In this document: positions 13,250 through 26,842 of the stretch, piece after piece
How positions within the stretch are numbered: the stretch's first letter is position 1
Layout of the letters: each line of letters opens with the position of its first letter
Origin: Raillietiella orientalis
Taxonomy: Eukaryota
Length of the DNA: 64,000 bases
Direction of reading: 5' to 3'
NCBI GenBank assembly: GCA_036172245.1
Contig: JAYWIR010000001.1
Coordinates: forward strand, 5,828,001 to 5,892,000
Translations under genes and position numbers: made by a program
Notes under the pieces: model-generated
The model's database searches: none
What the model was told of the DNA's origin: nothing
The model's input: the letters and a program-made list of their open reading frames with translations, nothing else

Positions 13250-13850
13250 TCCCCGGCTCCATTCCTAACGTTCCCAATTCGCAACGTGACCGGAAGTGGA
13301 ACTTTTGCCAACGGTGGTGGCCCGCGAGCGGCGAGCCTCGAGCCGACGCGGGCGGCGATTTCGTCGGGAGTGCGGTCGCGCTCGAGGTGCGCGGATGAAG
13401 GGAAGATTCGAGATCATCCCGAAGACCGCCGGCAGGCGACTTGGTGCTACGGCCGTTTTTCTTCCAGGTCTCTCGGCAGGTCTCCGGAGAGTCCGTGGCC
13501 ACCCGAACGCTCCGGTGCCATCACGGCGGTGCCGCGCCAGATGCGAAGGAACGAGCGTTCCCGGTCCGCCGACGGATTCCGCTGTGACGAGTTCTAAGAT
13601 CTGTGGCTCTCCCTCTACTGCGCGCGGTGGTACCGGCACCGATCGGAAAGCCGTGACAGGAATCCCGGTGTCCATGGGAGACGGGGAGGGGCATCCACAA
13701 ACGACGCCGAAAGCAACCCGGTGGAGGCGTGCTCGTGGTTACTTGCGGGGGGTCTCCGTCTCGTAGGTGATCCCTCCTTGCTCGTGAGACCGCGCCGTCT
13801 TCAGCTTCCAACCTTCTGCATTTCAGCCGCGGCAATCTCACTGGAAAAAT
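13250..13850 (+). mobile_element. Decayed gag/ORF1-like remnant with possible LINE 5' end at ~13169
   Basis: GTGTDRKAVTGIPVSMGD..HPQTT...GVLVVTCGG matches the TG.R......IP.....LVV.PG order. Upstream CAGT...CGCACGCG resembles an internal Inr/DPE-type start. Confidence 0.4.
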
Positions 13851-14649
13851 TCGTCAAAAACAACAAGGCCTGGCCACCCTGCATTCAGCAAGGACACGGG
13901 AACGCGAGGAATGGGGTGGGCGTGGGAGTAGGGAGACGAAACTCCACCAATTGTCAGCATCACCTACGTCCTACTCCTACTCCTCCCTCCCTCTTCCTCA
14001 CTCCTCGGGAGTTGGCGCTGCCTGCGGCTAACTTGAGGATCCACTTGGAGGTAATTTGGAGGTCGAGGGAAGGGGAGGGAGAGGGGCGAGGGCTTTCAGC
14101 TGTTTCCCGCGTCTTCGCCTGCGGCTCACCATCGTCGTCGTGGTCACCGCTAAGGGCACCACCAGCGACGTCACCGTGGTCGTGATCAGCGACCTAGCAG
14201 CAGGCCGGCGCCAGAGCCACTTAGCGCATCAGCACAACGATCGCCCTCCGCACCGACGTCGGCAACGCCATCGCCACCATCGTCGGCTCTGTCTTCGGCG
14301 TCATCGTCGCCGTCATCAGCAGCAGCTTCATCGCCGTCTTTGCTGCTGCCATGGGCAGCATTGGGAGCATCCATTCTCGCCGAGGTCATCGCCATCAGCA
14401 GCATAGGCGGCGGCGGCAACAGCAGCAGCGGCTCCCGCTGTCTTCGCTCTGTCCATCGCTAACCCTGTGAGCAGCATCGTCGTCACCACTTCCCTGCCCC
14501 CCTCCCAAGGCGGCAGAGATTTGGAGTTGCTGTCCCGGAGACCCACCCGCTGGCGCCTCCTCCAAGTTCGTTCAAGGCACGGCCCTGGGCAGGACACCCG
14601 CCGCCGCTGTGGCGCCGGCTAAGGTCACGACCCTTCCTGTTCCATCTCG

Positions 14650-15350
14650 CCGGATGCGGCGGCGACCTCTCGCTTCCCCCCCCCCCCGGGGCTGGTCAGC
14701 GGAGGGAGAGCTCTTCCTTGAAGGGTCCCTGCTGAGTCAAGAGGGGGCGCTCCCCACGGCATCTCTCCCCTCGGGGCCACGCACGTCCCACGTGGCGCGG
14801 CCCGATCTGCCACCGGAAGAGGATCCATCCTTTCTCAGGGTTCCCCAAATTATCCTCCATTTTCGGAATGAGGAGCGCGCGTGGGCGGAGCGCGGCTCCC
14901 GGACGCTCGGGACAGCGCGGTTCCCATGGAAGCGCGTCGTAAATTTTTCAGGTCCTCCCGACGAACGGTTGCTCTTCCGCCCACGCACGTGATACCGCTG
15001 CTGCATCTCTCCCTGCCGAGCGCGGCCTCGGAGGTCACGAGCGGTAGAATTCGGAGACGCATCGAAGGCAATCCAAAAGCCTCTCGCTGGGAAGCTTCGG
15101 AAAGTCGCCGCAACAGGCGCGACCGTCGGTTCCATCCTGCTGACCGAACAGTCCCTCTCTCCCCCCTCATCGAACGCCAGATGCTGCTCCAGGTTGCCAC
15201 GGAGCAGGTCCGGCGGCAACAGAGACGGGATGGAAGATCGCAGTCCGGGATGGCGGAACAGTTGCTGCTGCTGTTCCGGACAGGACGCGAGCTGATGATA
15301 CTGCGCCCGGCCATCCAGCTTCCGGAGGCCACGCACGCGGGCCGCCAGTG
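14650..15350 (-). mobile_element. Decayed gag/ORF1-like remnant
   Basis: Minus frames LFRWQIG, RGTCVAPR and ERCRGER reassemble into tandem degenerate knuckles (CFRC.Q.GH.R.TC.AP.C.RC). Confidence 0.3.
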
Positions 15351-15379
15351 GTTAGTTCTGCTCCAGAAGGAGAAACACG

Positions 15380-15670
15380 ACGGAGGGGGAGGAAGAAGAA
15401 GGGAGGAGCAGAAGGAGGAAAGGAGAAGGGTGAGGAAGAAGAGAAGGAAGAAGGAAAGAAGGGGACAGAAAAGAAGGAGGAAGGGTGGAGAGGATGAGGA
15501 AAGGAGGGACGATGATGAAGGGAAGAGCGGAAAGAGGAAAGGAGGGGAGGAAGAAGAGAGGAGCACAAAGAGGAAAGGTAAGGGGGAGGAAAGGAGAAGG
15601 AGTTGGAAGAGGAGGAGGAAAGGAGGAGGGGAGGAAGAAGGAAAGGAGGGGGAAGAGGAGGAAGGGAGAG
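15380..15670. repeat. Polypurine (GA-rich) low-complexity tract
   Basis: Almost pure G/A on the + strand. Similar tracts at 3720-3890 and 36230-36440. Confidence 0.9.
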
Positions 15671-17329
15671 GCACGCTCAGATGTTGCGCTATTCCTTCTG
15701 CTCCGCGCCGTTTCGATGTCCACAGCATCTACGTGCTCAGGCCACGTCCTCCACCACCTTTCCTTCGGCTCTCCATGAGCCATCATGCGCGCAGCGGGCG
15801 CATGGTGGCGGCTGCCGCGCTCTTCCGAGAGCCTCCTGAATTGAATTTCGTTTGGATTCGGATTCGCCCTGCAATCCGACCGGACCTTGCCGCCTTCGGT
15901 GTTGCTCGTTGCTCCTTGGAGATGCCGCTGCTGCTTCGAGAGGGCATCCGGCTGTGCATCGAAACCGAGTGGACCGCTCTAAGGCAATGACGAGATGAAG
16001 ACCACCATCTCGTGCGGGTCGCGGCAGCTCTCCAAGAAGAATCCCTCCCGCGGCCTTCCTCCTCCCTCACCGCTCCAAGCGCCCGCGGAATTGGGATTTC
16101 GCCTCTGCCATCGTTTCCTCCCGAACGACCGGAGTGCAGCATCCTCGTGAGGACCTCAGAAGCGTCAGAAGACCTCTCCTCTTGGAGGCACCTCCGCACG
16201 CGCTCCCGTTGAGAACCTGCGCGCTTGCGTTCCGCGGCCTCGCGGTTTTCCGCACGTAGCAACCGAGCGCAGGTGCTGCCGCCCACATCACGAGCTGGGA
16301 AGGAGGACATCCTATTCCTGACCCCTACAGGACTTCGCGACTCAACCAAGAATCCTTCTGGCCGCACTGCTACGTACCCCACCATCACCCTTTTTTTCTT
16401 TTTCTCGAAACTGCCTCCGGAAAAATCGGTCTTATTTGGCCTTTAGGAGAGAGAGAGAAAGGAATGAAAAATTATCGATCGATGCCTTCAGCATTTTCAG
16501 CTGGTTGGCATCTCGCCCCATGCTGAAGAAAATCCCTCTCCTCCTCAGAACATTCCTCTTTTTCCTCCCCCCCTTTCCCTCTTCCAAGAGAGAGGTTTTT
16601 GCAAGGCTGCAGCTGCCGGATCGTGGAGGGCGCTGATGGAGGCCTAAGAGACCTTGGCACCGCGCCTCCTCTCTCCAGCGGAGCTCCATCTCCTCTTGCT
16701 CTGAGATGTCTACAGCGACTTCGCTCTTCGCGAAAGCCACGACCACAAATAACATTTGTGGGCCGGCGAAGAATGCTTTCTCTTCTCCTGGTCAGGTGAA
16801 ATCAGCCGGTCAACCACGATTGCTTCTCAACCTTCTTCAAAGCGCACCGCTGAGGGCATAAAAGTGCTGGAAGAAAATCATCTGCATCTATCAACACTCA
16901 GAAGATAAGTGATTTCAAGAGGCGAAGGGAGAGAACTCGGGGATGCCAGTGGTTCAACAGCAGAATCTCAGGATCGTCACAGGGATGCTAACAAGGGAGG
17001 GAAGGATCATCTGCGGTTCGAAGAAACTGGAAAAAAAAAATCAGGTGAACCATTTGGTGTCCGTGGGCTCTTCGATGACCACAGTTTCCGAAGGTTTTTG
17101 TCTCGGGAGTCAAGGCGCCACCCGCGTTGAAAGTGGCCTCTCCCGATAGGAAACTGCCACAGTTTAAGCTTCCACTGGAGCAAAAGAGAGGGATGCCCAC
17201 AGAAGGCTGCTACCAAACGCCGCTCACGAAGACTGCACAGCTGACGGCGGCTGGGCCAACCTTCCGCCGTCGTTAAGAGGGGACATCAGGAATACCAACT
17301 GGGAGGTAGGCTGCGCAACGGGAGGCTAA

Positions 17330-17880
17330 CCTCTGGATGATTTGAGCCGCTATCACACATGCACAGTCCATTTCGAAGGGCACATTCGAAGGCTGTCCCT
17401 TAAAAGACTCATGAAGTTTCATGAAGAGAGTTCGACTGGAGCAGAAAATCAAAGATAGCCTGCCCTGCACGACAACGCATGACTATCACACCAGTCTTGA
17501 GATGGACAGCAGGAACTATCACAAAGCTGTTGCTTTCAAACCGTCCTTCACTATGCAGACCGGATATTTGGTCTCATTGGGACTCTTTATTAGATGGATG
17601 CTACGGAGCATCCCAGTGGTAGGAGGAGACTTAGCAATGGTGGAGCATGTATTAAGACCTCAGAGAACCTTCATTAACATATGCGGTAGAAAGCCGTACA
17701 AAAACACAATAAGTGCAAAAGAAGCTCTTGTAAACAGTATACACTAAATTGCTGCGCTTTTCCAAAGCATCTGACAAGAAATGACAGATGGATCTGAACT
17801 TCAAGTGATCTCCGTAGACACAAAGAGAAAAATGCTCTAGAAGTGGTGCAAACTGAGTAGAAGGATATGTTTATAAATAG
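17330..17880 (+). mobile_element. Decayed Tc1/mariner-superfamily transposase (catalytic and C-terminal region)
   Basis: In order: LWMI*AAIT (~VMVWAAI), KDSLPCTT (~QDSAPCHT), ICGRKPYKNTISAKEALV (~KPH..SLK.AL) and LEVVQTE/EGYVYK* (~LEAVV..EGGYIE). Contains stops and frameshifts. No TIRs found. Confidence 0.5.
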
Positions 17881-18239
17881 GTGAATCTAGATTTTTTTTA
17901 TGAAAGTTTACAGGTTAAAAAGAGCTTAAATGCCAAATTCTTGCTTCAGAAATAATCCACACATTTCATCTAATACTGACCGAGGTGTATTGCACCTAGT
18001 TTACTGCAAAGCATTTTGTTTTGAAAGGTGATGCATTACTTTTGTAGGTTCACTTCGTGTAGATGTTAGCTATCACCTCAGTGCACGTGTTTCTGGCTGT
18101 GTGAGTTGGAAAAATACTCGATCTAGCTCTCTCCAACCTTTGAGAAATTCTTATTCACGTTTGAATAACTGGCATTTTCCTTATTTTGTTCTATCCACTG
18201 AATCATCATTCATGCATTGTCATAGGAATTATCATCGCG

Positions 18240-18940
18240 TATCAAGGGTTATCCAAAAAAAGCTGGAAATTTCTAAAGTTTTCTCGTTTCCTTCTTACAA
18301 TGGATGCTGAAAATTTCATTTCATGTGGTGTTTTTCTTGAGCACAACAAAAAATAGAAAGATTTTGTATGTTTGCAAAAACGCAAAATCATTTTCGGCAT
18401 TCCAAAAACATTTATTTGTTAATGTGAATTTACAATTCATTTGCAAATGATGTGCAAATTGCGATGGGTATAGTTTTAAGAGAATTCAAAAAGTGCTATT
18501 ATTTATAAATTATCATACAGTAACCAGTGGCAAGATGATAAGACATTCGATCTTCGATGTGCAGCTTTCAGGTAGAAATTCAGATTCCATTCCTTCGAAA
18601 TCGGAGATGTATTTACCTCAGGCTTAGTCATAAGCCGAAAAATTTATCCCCATCTCACAATCTGAAACTCCATCTGTGAATGTATTTCATGAAATGATGA
18701 GTTTTTGTGTGTTTTCCCCCAAATTTCAAATTCAGGTGCAGTGGATACGGAATTGTGAAAGCAAATGTTAAAGGAGAACGTGGTAATTCATTGACAATGA
18801 TGACCAGCATTTCCGGTCACACTACTTTCCCGCGAGGTATCCTGCACATGCGAAGGCAGTCGAGGCTACGAATTCATGGGCTTCCGTGTGCAAATAACGT
18901 TGGCGAATGGAATCAACAAATATTTTTAAATATTTAAATG
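18240..18940 (+). mobile_element. Second decayed Tc1/mariner-like remnant
   Basis: ORF 18707..18937 FPPN...GYGIVKANV...NSL...CANNVGEWNQQ resembles WPPNSPD..DY.IW..LK..V...C...GG..EQ. TIR-like TATCAAGGGTTATCCAAAAAAAG at ~18240 has no visible partner. Confidence 0.35.
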
Positions 18941-19758
18941 CAAGGCTTATTTTGAAAAAGGATATGAATAAAAGGGCCAGTATCAATTTTCTCAATTTGG
19001 AAAACTATGGTTGCGGAAACTTACCAACTTGCTGCCAGACTGTGTACATGTTTGAAAGTACACGCACAATAGGGGCGGAAAGCTGTTCTACGTCGTTGAC
19101 AAATCTAAACCGAAGTTACAGGTGTTGCTGAGAACATTCACGTCAGATGTTGCGATGCATAGAAAACTGTCAAGTCACACTGGTTACAAGGTGGAAAAAT
19201 CCTGTAGTTAATGTGAAATGAAAATTATCATTAGGAATGTTCACTGGGTTATGATAAGAATGGCATTAGAATGGAATATGGGATCACAATGTAATAACTT
19301 TTAATCAAATGTATATGTACACACACATACATCAACAGAAAGGTCCGAGCAAAGTGAAAACATTTTCACATTTTTGTTCACTTGTATTCTTCATTTTTAC
19401 ATCAGTGTGTGCAGCACATATATCAATATAACTTAAGCTAAATCCAATCACACTGAGTAAATGCTTCCCCAATTATTGTACGCTTATGTTGGTATGGAAG
19501 TTCAAAGTCTACACGTGCACCTGTTTCTTCTAATGTGCTTGCTGCATGAGAAAAGAGGTTGGACATAACTCTTTTATTTCCCAGAACAATAACTCCTGAA
19601 TGTAGTTCATCCTGAAAACAACACTGGAACCTCAAATACTCATTTGCTTCTCACAAACACTGCAACTTTGGTGGCCCACAGAGAATAGTAGTCAATGTTA
19701 CTGACTGTTTATCTATTTCTTTTGTTTTCATCATTTTCTGTAAAGCCAACTCATAGTT

Positions 19759-20892
<1,134 letters not shown>

Positions 20893-21129
20893 TCTGTAAA
20901 TGAATGTTTCACTTGTATGTGCATGCAAAAAAGCCTTTGCTCATCAGCCCTGAATAGGACATCTCCTAAAAGAGAAAAAAATACATTTACCTGAACTTCA
21001 ATGCTTCGGATTGTACATTGCACTCGCTTGGGCATTCAATGCTAACCACTGTTATGACTTTCTTTCATTGCTTTGACATTTCCAACCAAAAATATACCCC
21101 CCACACTTAATTTGGAACAGCATGCAGCC

Positions 21130-21800
21130 ACGTAACCTAGTTTTTCTTGGATTTTTTCGCGTCACTTTTGATTATTGGATTAACGTATGTCCGGGCAATT
21201 CCAAAACCCCAACTCAAAAACTCCACGGAAAACGCCAAAACACAGAAATGTGCACAGCAAGTAAAAAAAAAGAAAAAAAAAAAACGGGAAAAAAGAAAAA
21301 ACGCAGGTCCAAAGGGAGGCAGGGGAACGAAGTGGGTCCCTTCCACCACGGGCCGGGGAAGGTTCCCACCGATTTTTGCCAAGGTGCCGACCAAAGGCGT
21401 ACCGACTTAATTTCCCGTACATTCCAACTTGCCGATTGTGTACTTTAATCCGGATTCGAAAGGGATTGCTGGTGCATCCCTCCACGTGAAGGATTTTTCC
21501 TCCTCTTTTTTTTTTTTCCCGGACCAACTCCCCGTTCTTGGAAAGGCTGTTCCGGTGCCTTTTGAGCATCCCGCGTATCCCGATAGCAAGGAGGCAGGGA
21601 AGGGAGGGAGGGGGGAGGGGTGGCTGGATGGATGGATGGAAAAGAAGGGAGAAGGGGGGGAAAAAAAAGGCTGAATTTCTAAATGGCACGGGTTGGTGGT
21701 CGCGAGCGTACACTGCGAGTCCGTACGGTTTCACCATAACAATCACCACGACCTGCCGTAGCATGCGCTGAAAAAGATTATACGGAAACAAATAAATAAA
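21130..21800. promoter_or_regulatory. Putative shared (bidirectional) promoter island between NKAP and PP4R3
   Basis: Local GC/CpG-rich patch between two divergently oriented housekeeping genes whose bodies are CpG-poor. Probable PP4R3 5'UTR exon near 22419-22500 (tttgtag ... gag|gtaagt). TSSs are not determinable from sequence. Confidence 0.45.
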
Positions 21801-23962
21801 GCGTTTACTAATATGGCTGCTTGTCATCCGATAAGCCAATTGTGAGTTCTCTAATTTGTAGCTTCTGTCAAGTTCGGTTTTTTTGAAAATGTAATATTCC
21901 CGTGTGATGCTTTTGAAAGGCCTCTCCGGTTCCATTTCGTTCCCCCTTTTTTTTTTTCCCTCCTTCTTTCCTTTTCCCCGAGTGTTTCGTGTTCCTTTGT
22001 ATGTAGTGTAGTCTTTATCGAAAATGTTTTTTTTTTTTTGCTTCCATGTTTCGTTCGGTTTTGATGGAGCTTTATATGAGTACCAATTCATGATTAAATT
22101 TAGTGGTGGTTGAAATACTTGTGCAGATGCTGTAAATTTTGGAAATGCTATGCAACTTGGTGTTTTTTCTGTAGTAAATTGCTGAGGAATTAGCATTTTG
22201 AACTCGATTCTATTTGTGCTTGGCAGGTATGGTTCTGGTGTTGAAATTGTGTCATGTTAATAGAAAATCATCTGCAGTTAATAATATGTGCCAAATTTTG
22301 CAGTTGAAGTGATAGATTGTTTTTACGTAATGCTAGTGAAATTATAATTCGTATTATGCGAAATAATTGTGTAGTGTTTTGTATAAAAATTGAAATTACA
22401 TACATTTGTTCTTTGTAGATAACGAATGTTTAAATTTATTGGCCTAGTTTATGTGGTTTTCTAATATTTATTGTGATCTTAGAATTATTGTGAACACGAG
22501 GTAAGTTATTTGTTGCTCATTTTAACCTTTAATTCGAATAACTCCAATGAACTTCCTACCAGTTTATGGTAGTTATCCTTAGCAATTTTAGAATCGACAT
22601 TGTGTACATTATATGGAAATTTGCTGATGACTGGTTTAAAATCTCAGATGTAATTCATTATTAAGTGAACTGTTCATGCTAGAGTATGAAATGCATGCGT
22701 AATTTGTGAATTTGTCAAATAAATATGGAAAGTAGTATCTTGTTTCACATGCTAAATATTTTTGTTGAGCATCAGGCTCACTAAAGGAAAATGTTAGGAC
22801 TTCAGAAAACTTAACCGTGCCCTTTGAGAAGTACGGTAGGATAAAATATGCCTGGTTGTGTAGTGAGTAATCACAAAATGATTTTTGCCAGTGCAATGAG
22901 TGGATGAGTGCTTATTTTGATATTTGAAAACTTACATAGGAATACAGAAGAATTTAGAGGTTAGCATCCAAATTCTCTTTAATGATAAATTCGCCAGTTT
23001 TAATCACAGTTCTGCATATTCAGTCAGAAATATCCTTAAGTGTCAGTTAATGATTATCCAGAAGTTTGTAAATATAGTTTATTATAATGCTGAGAACGTA
23101 TTAAATTTAAATTTTAGTATATAATCAGCAGTATTGTTAATTGTCATATATTGTTCTCTGTTTGTTTAATTATTTTTTTTAAATGTGTGACAGATTGTAG
23201 TAAATTGTAATAAACATGGCATAGCATGGTTTATAAATTTGATCTGTTCATTCATTCTGTATTTTATCTGTGAACTCTGAACTGTATACAACAGTACTAA
23301 AGATAAGAATATTCAGTGAAAGCTACTATTTGTATCTGTCAAATATCAGATCAAAAATGATGTAAAAATTCTATATCCAGATCTCATTATGATATGTTTA
23401 GCAATAATAATTGAACTGTTTATGTAATTTAAGAAGAACATTCATTTGAATGCAGATAGATTGCATATTTGGTTACTTATTTCTTTTGAATCTGGAAAGT
23501 GAAATGTGTGGAAATTTTAGAGACCTTTAAATTATTGTGTCACTAAATGCTTCTGACATGTGAGAAAAATAATACTGAAATAACAAATTTCAGTATTTTA
23601 TGAATTGATAAAGGTGTGATATTTTGTACATATTTCCAGTAAGTGCTTCAGGTATATGCAGAAATGAGTTTTTCATGCAATAGTGGTATCATCCTGTGAA
23701 ATGCTTAACACTGATGGTACATTTTATTGTGTTTGCAATAACAGCTTGCTCAGTAGGATTGATTAGTATGGAATATGGGTCACACTGAGTCAAACTGGGT
23801 ACTGTGTTCCCGAGTACTTTGTGAACATGCAAAGAAAAAGCAAACAGCATTGTGATAAAAGTTATAGCTCCCCTAGCAATGACCTTATTGGAGGAGTGTG
23901 ATACAGGTGGTGGTAATCTCGCCACAAATTCTGAAAGTGGCTGCAGTTCTGAAAAGACTGTT

Positions 23963-26691
23963 ATGATGACGGACACTCGACAGCGTGTAAAGCTCTATAC
24001 CTTGAATGCAGATCGACAGTGGGATGATAAGGGCACCGGACATTTGTCTTCTGCATATGTGGACCGGTTGAAAGGAATATCCCTTCTTGTGAGAGCAGAG
24101 AGTGATGGTTAGTGATATCATAAGATGTTAACAAATTAACAATCTTGGCCTTTTGAAGGATCTGTGTTGCTTGAGTCAAAAATCCAACCATACACTGCCT
24201 ATCAAAAACAGCAGGATACATTGATAGTGTGGTCTGAAGGTGACAATTTTGACTTAGCCTTGAGCTTTCAGGAGAAAGCTGGCTGTGATGAGATTTGGGA
24301 GAAGATATGTCAAGTTCAGGGGAAAGATCCATCTTTGGATGTCACGCAAGAAGTAGTTGAAGGAGGAGAAGATGATGGTTTTGATGAGATGTCTGACAAT
24401 GTTGTAGAACTTCCTCCTGCTGAAATGGGAAGACTGGTAGAAATAAATGAAGTAAGTAGAAACAGTGAATAATTCACATAATGATCATGTTGCAGTTGAT
24501 AAGCAGTTGCCTACCCAAAGCTGCCAAAAAAGAGAATCTGGCTGTGGCAATCGCATCTGAAGGCTATATTAAAAAATTGCTCAACTTGTTCCATATGTGT
24601 GAAGATTTGGATAATTTGGAAGGTCTACATCACCTGTATAATATTTTCAAAAACATCTTCTATTTGAATAAGAATCCTTTATTCGAAATTTTGTTTGCTG
24701 GTAAGCTAAGTTAGTGCTCGTAGTGTGTTTAAGAATTTCTTTCCAGATGATACTATTATGGATGTCATTGGCTGTTTAGAATACGATCCTTCAGCTGCAC
24801 AGCCTAAGCAACACCGTGAATACCTTCGAAATAACTCTCATTTCAAGGAAGTAATACCTATTTCTAACACAGATCTATTATCCAAGATCCATCAAACTTA
24901 TTATGTCCAATACATCCAGGATGTAGTTCTGCCTACTCCTGGTGTGTTTGAGGAAAATATGTTATCCATGTTAGCATCATTCATTTTTATCAACAAAATG
25001 GAGATTGTCACACTGATTCAGGTATCGGAATCCTGTTTTGATAGCATACCACATGGTCTTTTTCTTTTCCTCCCTTAATGCTTCCTACCAATTTATTTAT
25101 TTATTTATTTTTCTCCTTTTTCTCTGATACCAGGATGATGAGCGTTTTCTGAACGAGCTCTTTGCTCTTCTCATGGATGAAACTACATCAGATGCCAAGC
25201 GACAAGACTTGGTGTTATTTCTCCGAGAATTCTGTACTTTCTCTCAGACATTACAGCTCCCTAGCCGTGAAAACTTTTTCAAAGTAAGAAAAGAGTCTTG
25301 TTCAAGTGGATGCAATGTTTGCTTGGTTTCAGACTCTTTCGAATTTGGGCCTTCTGGCTGCTCTTGAAGTAACACTGTCAACAGAGGATGATCTGGTTCG
25401 CTCAGCATCACTGGAAATTTTGTCTTACATTGTAGAGTTCTCTCCCTCATTGGTGAGAGAATATATGCTGCATCAAGCCGGTTCCTCAGAAGAAGAGCAA
25501 CTTCTGCTCAACTTTCTGATTGAACAAATGATGTGTGACAGTGATTCAGAATTTGGTGCAGCTGTGCAGATTGCTGGTATTCTACGTCTGCTTCTAGATC
25601 CGGAGAACATGTTTGCCTCCATCAACAAAGCAGAAAAAACAGACTTCTTTAGTTTTTTCTATAAGCATAGCATGCATGTTTTGTTGGCCCCCTTGTTGGC
25701 CAACACAGTGCATGAGCATCCTGCTAAAGAAGATTATCAAACTGTGCAGCTTTTAGGTCTCATCTTAGAATTGTTATCATTCTGTGTGGAACACCACACA
25801 TATCATATCAAAAATTACATTCTCAGTCGGGATTTGCTGAGGCGCATTCTAGTACTTATGCGTTCTAAGCATACTTTCTTGGTGCTAGCAGCACTACGTT
25901 TTCTTCGCAAGATCATTGGCCTTAAGGATGATTTTTACAACCGCTATATCATGCGAGGCCAGTTGTTGGCCCCTGTGGTGGAGGCCTTCATCAGGAATCA
26001 GGGTCGTTACAACCTTCTTGACTCAGCAATTTTAGAACTGTTTGAGTTTATTCGCAAGGAGGATGTAAAATCCCTATGTACACACGTAGTGGAGAATTAT
26101 GGTCGCCTCTTAGATAAGGTGGATTATGTAGAGACCTTTCAGAAACTGTACATTCGTTATGAGCAAATTTTGGACAGTTCTAAAATGAAGGACTGTCATA
26201 TGGATAGGTAAGGTTATTTTGGATTATCTTACACACAAAAACTGGTTTTCAGTGTTGGTGGGATGCTTAAAAGGAATGCCAGCAAATTGCGCCGTGATCC
26301 ACGCCAGCCTGATGATGAGGAGGAGATGTGGTTCAACGAAGATGATGATTTTGAGGATTCTTTGCCTCCTCCTGTTTCACCATCCCGTACAGCAGATGAC
26401 TTGTTGACGAAATCAGATTTTTCTCCCTCCCCTATGGACGGAATAATGAATAGCAGTATGCGGAAAGCCCCTTGTGTTCCCCAGCGATTTGTGGATGTGG
26501 TAAACCAAATTATAAAGCCATCTGCAGTTGTTACCAAGGTAACATTCCAGTTACACTCGTACAGCAGTTACAGTTATTATTAGGTGGGAAGCCTGGTAGA
26601 TTATGACAATGACTCAGATGAAGATGATGATGTTGAGGAAGATTCCGATTTGCTCTCAGATCAGGCCTGCAAACGTACTAGACTTACATAG
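23963..26691 (+). CDS. PPP4R3: Serine/threonine-protein phosphatase 4 regulatory subunit 3 (SMEK/falafel/Psy2 family), ~778 aa. Exons 23963-24107, 24159-24451, 24496-24700, 24747-25021, 25134-25283, 25333-26207, 26253-26538, 26584-26691
   Basis: EVH1-like start [25 protein letters not shown]...[29 protein letters not shown]-1 domain ([16 protein letters not shown]), [38 protein letters not shown] and C-terminal [13 protein letters not shown]. Seven GT-AG introns give a 2337-nt open frame. An in-frame ATG at 23879 could add 28 aa. Confidence 0.97.
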
Positions 26692-26842
26692 TCCAGTGTC
26701 CATCTTGATGCTCCACAAGTACAAATGGAAGTTCCAATTGTGCAGCCCCGTGACCAGATCTCCCTTGTTGTGTATATAAACTGTTTTGTAGCGAGAATGG
26801 TTGAGAAGAATTGAAATATAAAGTGAAGCTACGCTATGTCTA

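Noticed and set aside
8651..15990. Long ORFs in GC-rich DNA (8651-9919, 9615-10850, 9807-10967, 14850-15728, 14881-15990)
   Set aside because: They overlap on both strands, are R/G/P/S low-complexity, and are explained by stop-codon scarcity in GC-rich and polypurine tracts. Only short gag-like patches are meaningful.
21180..22196. 338-aa minus-strand ORF between NKAP and PP4R3
   Set aside because: Composition is driven by A/T/G homopolymers (poly-K, poly-F, poly-P), it has no recognisable domain, and it overlies the putative promoter. Probably a chance ORF.
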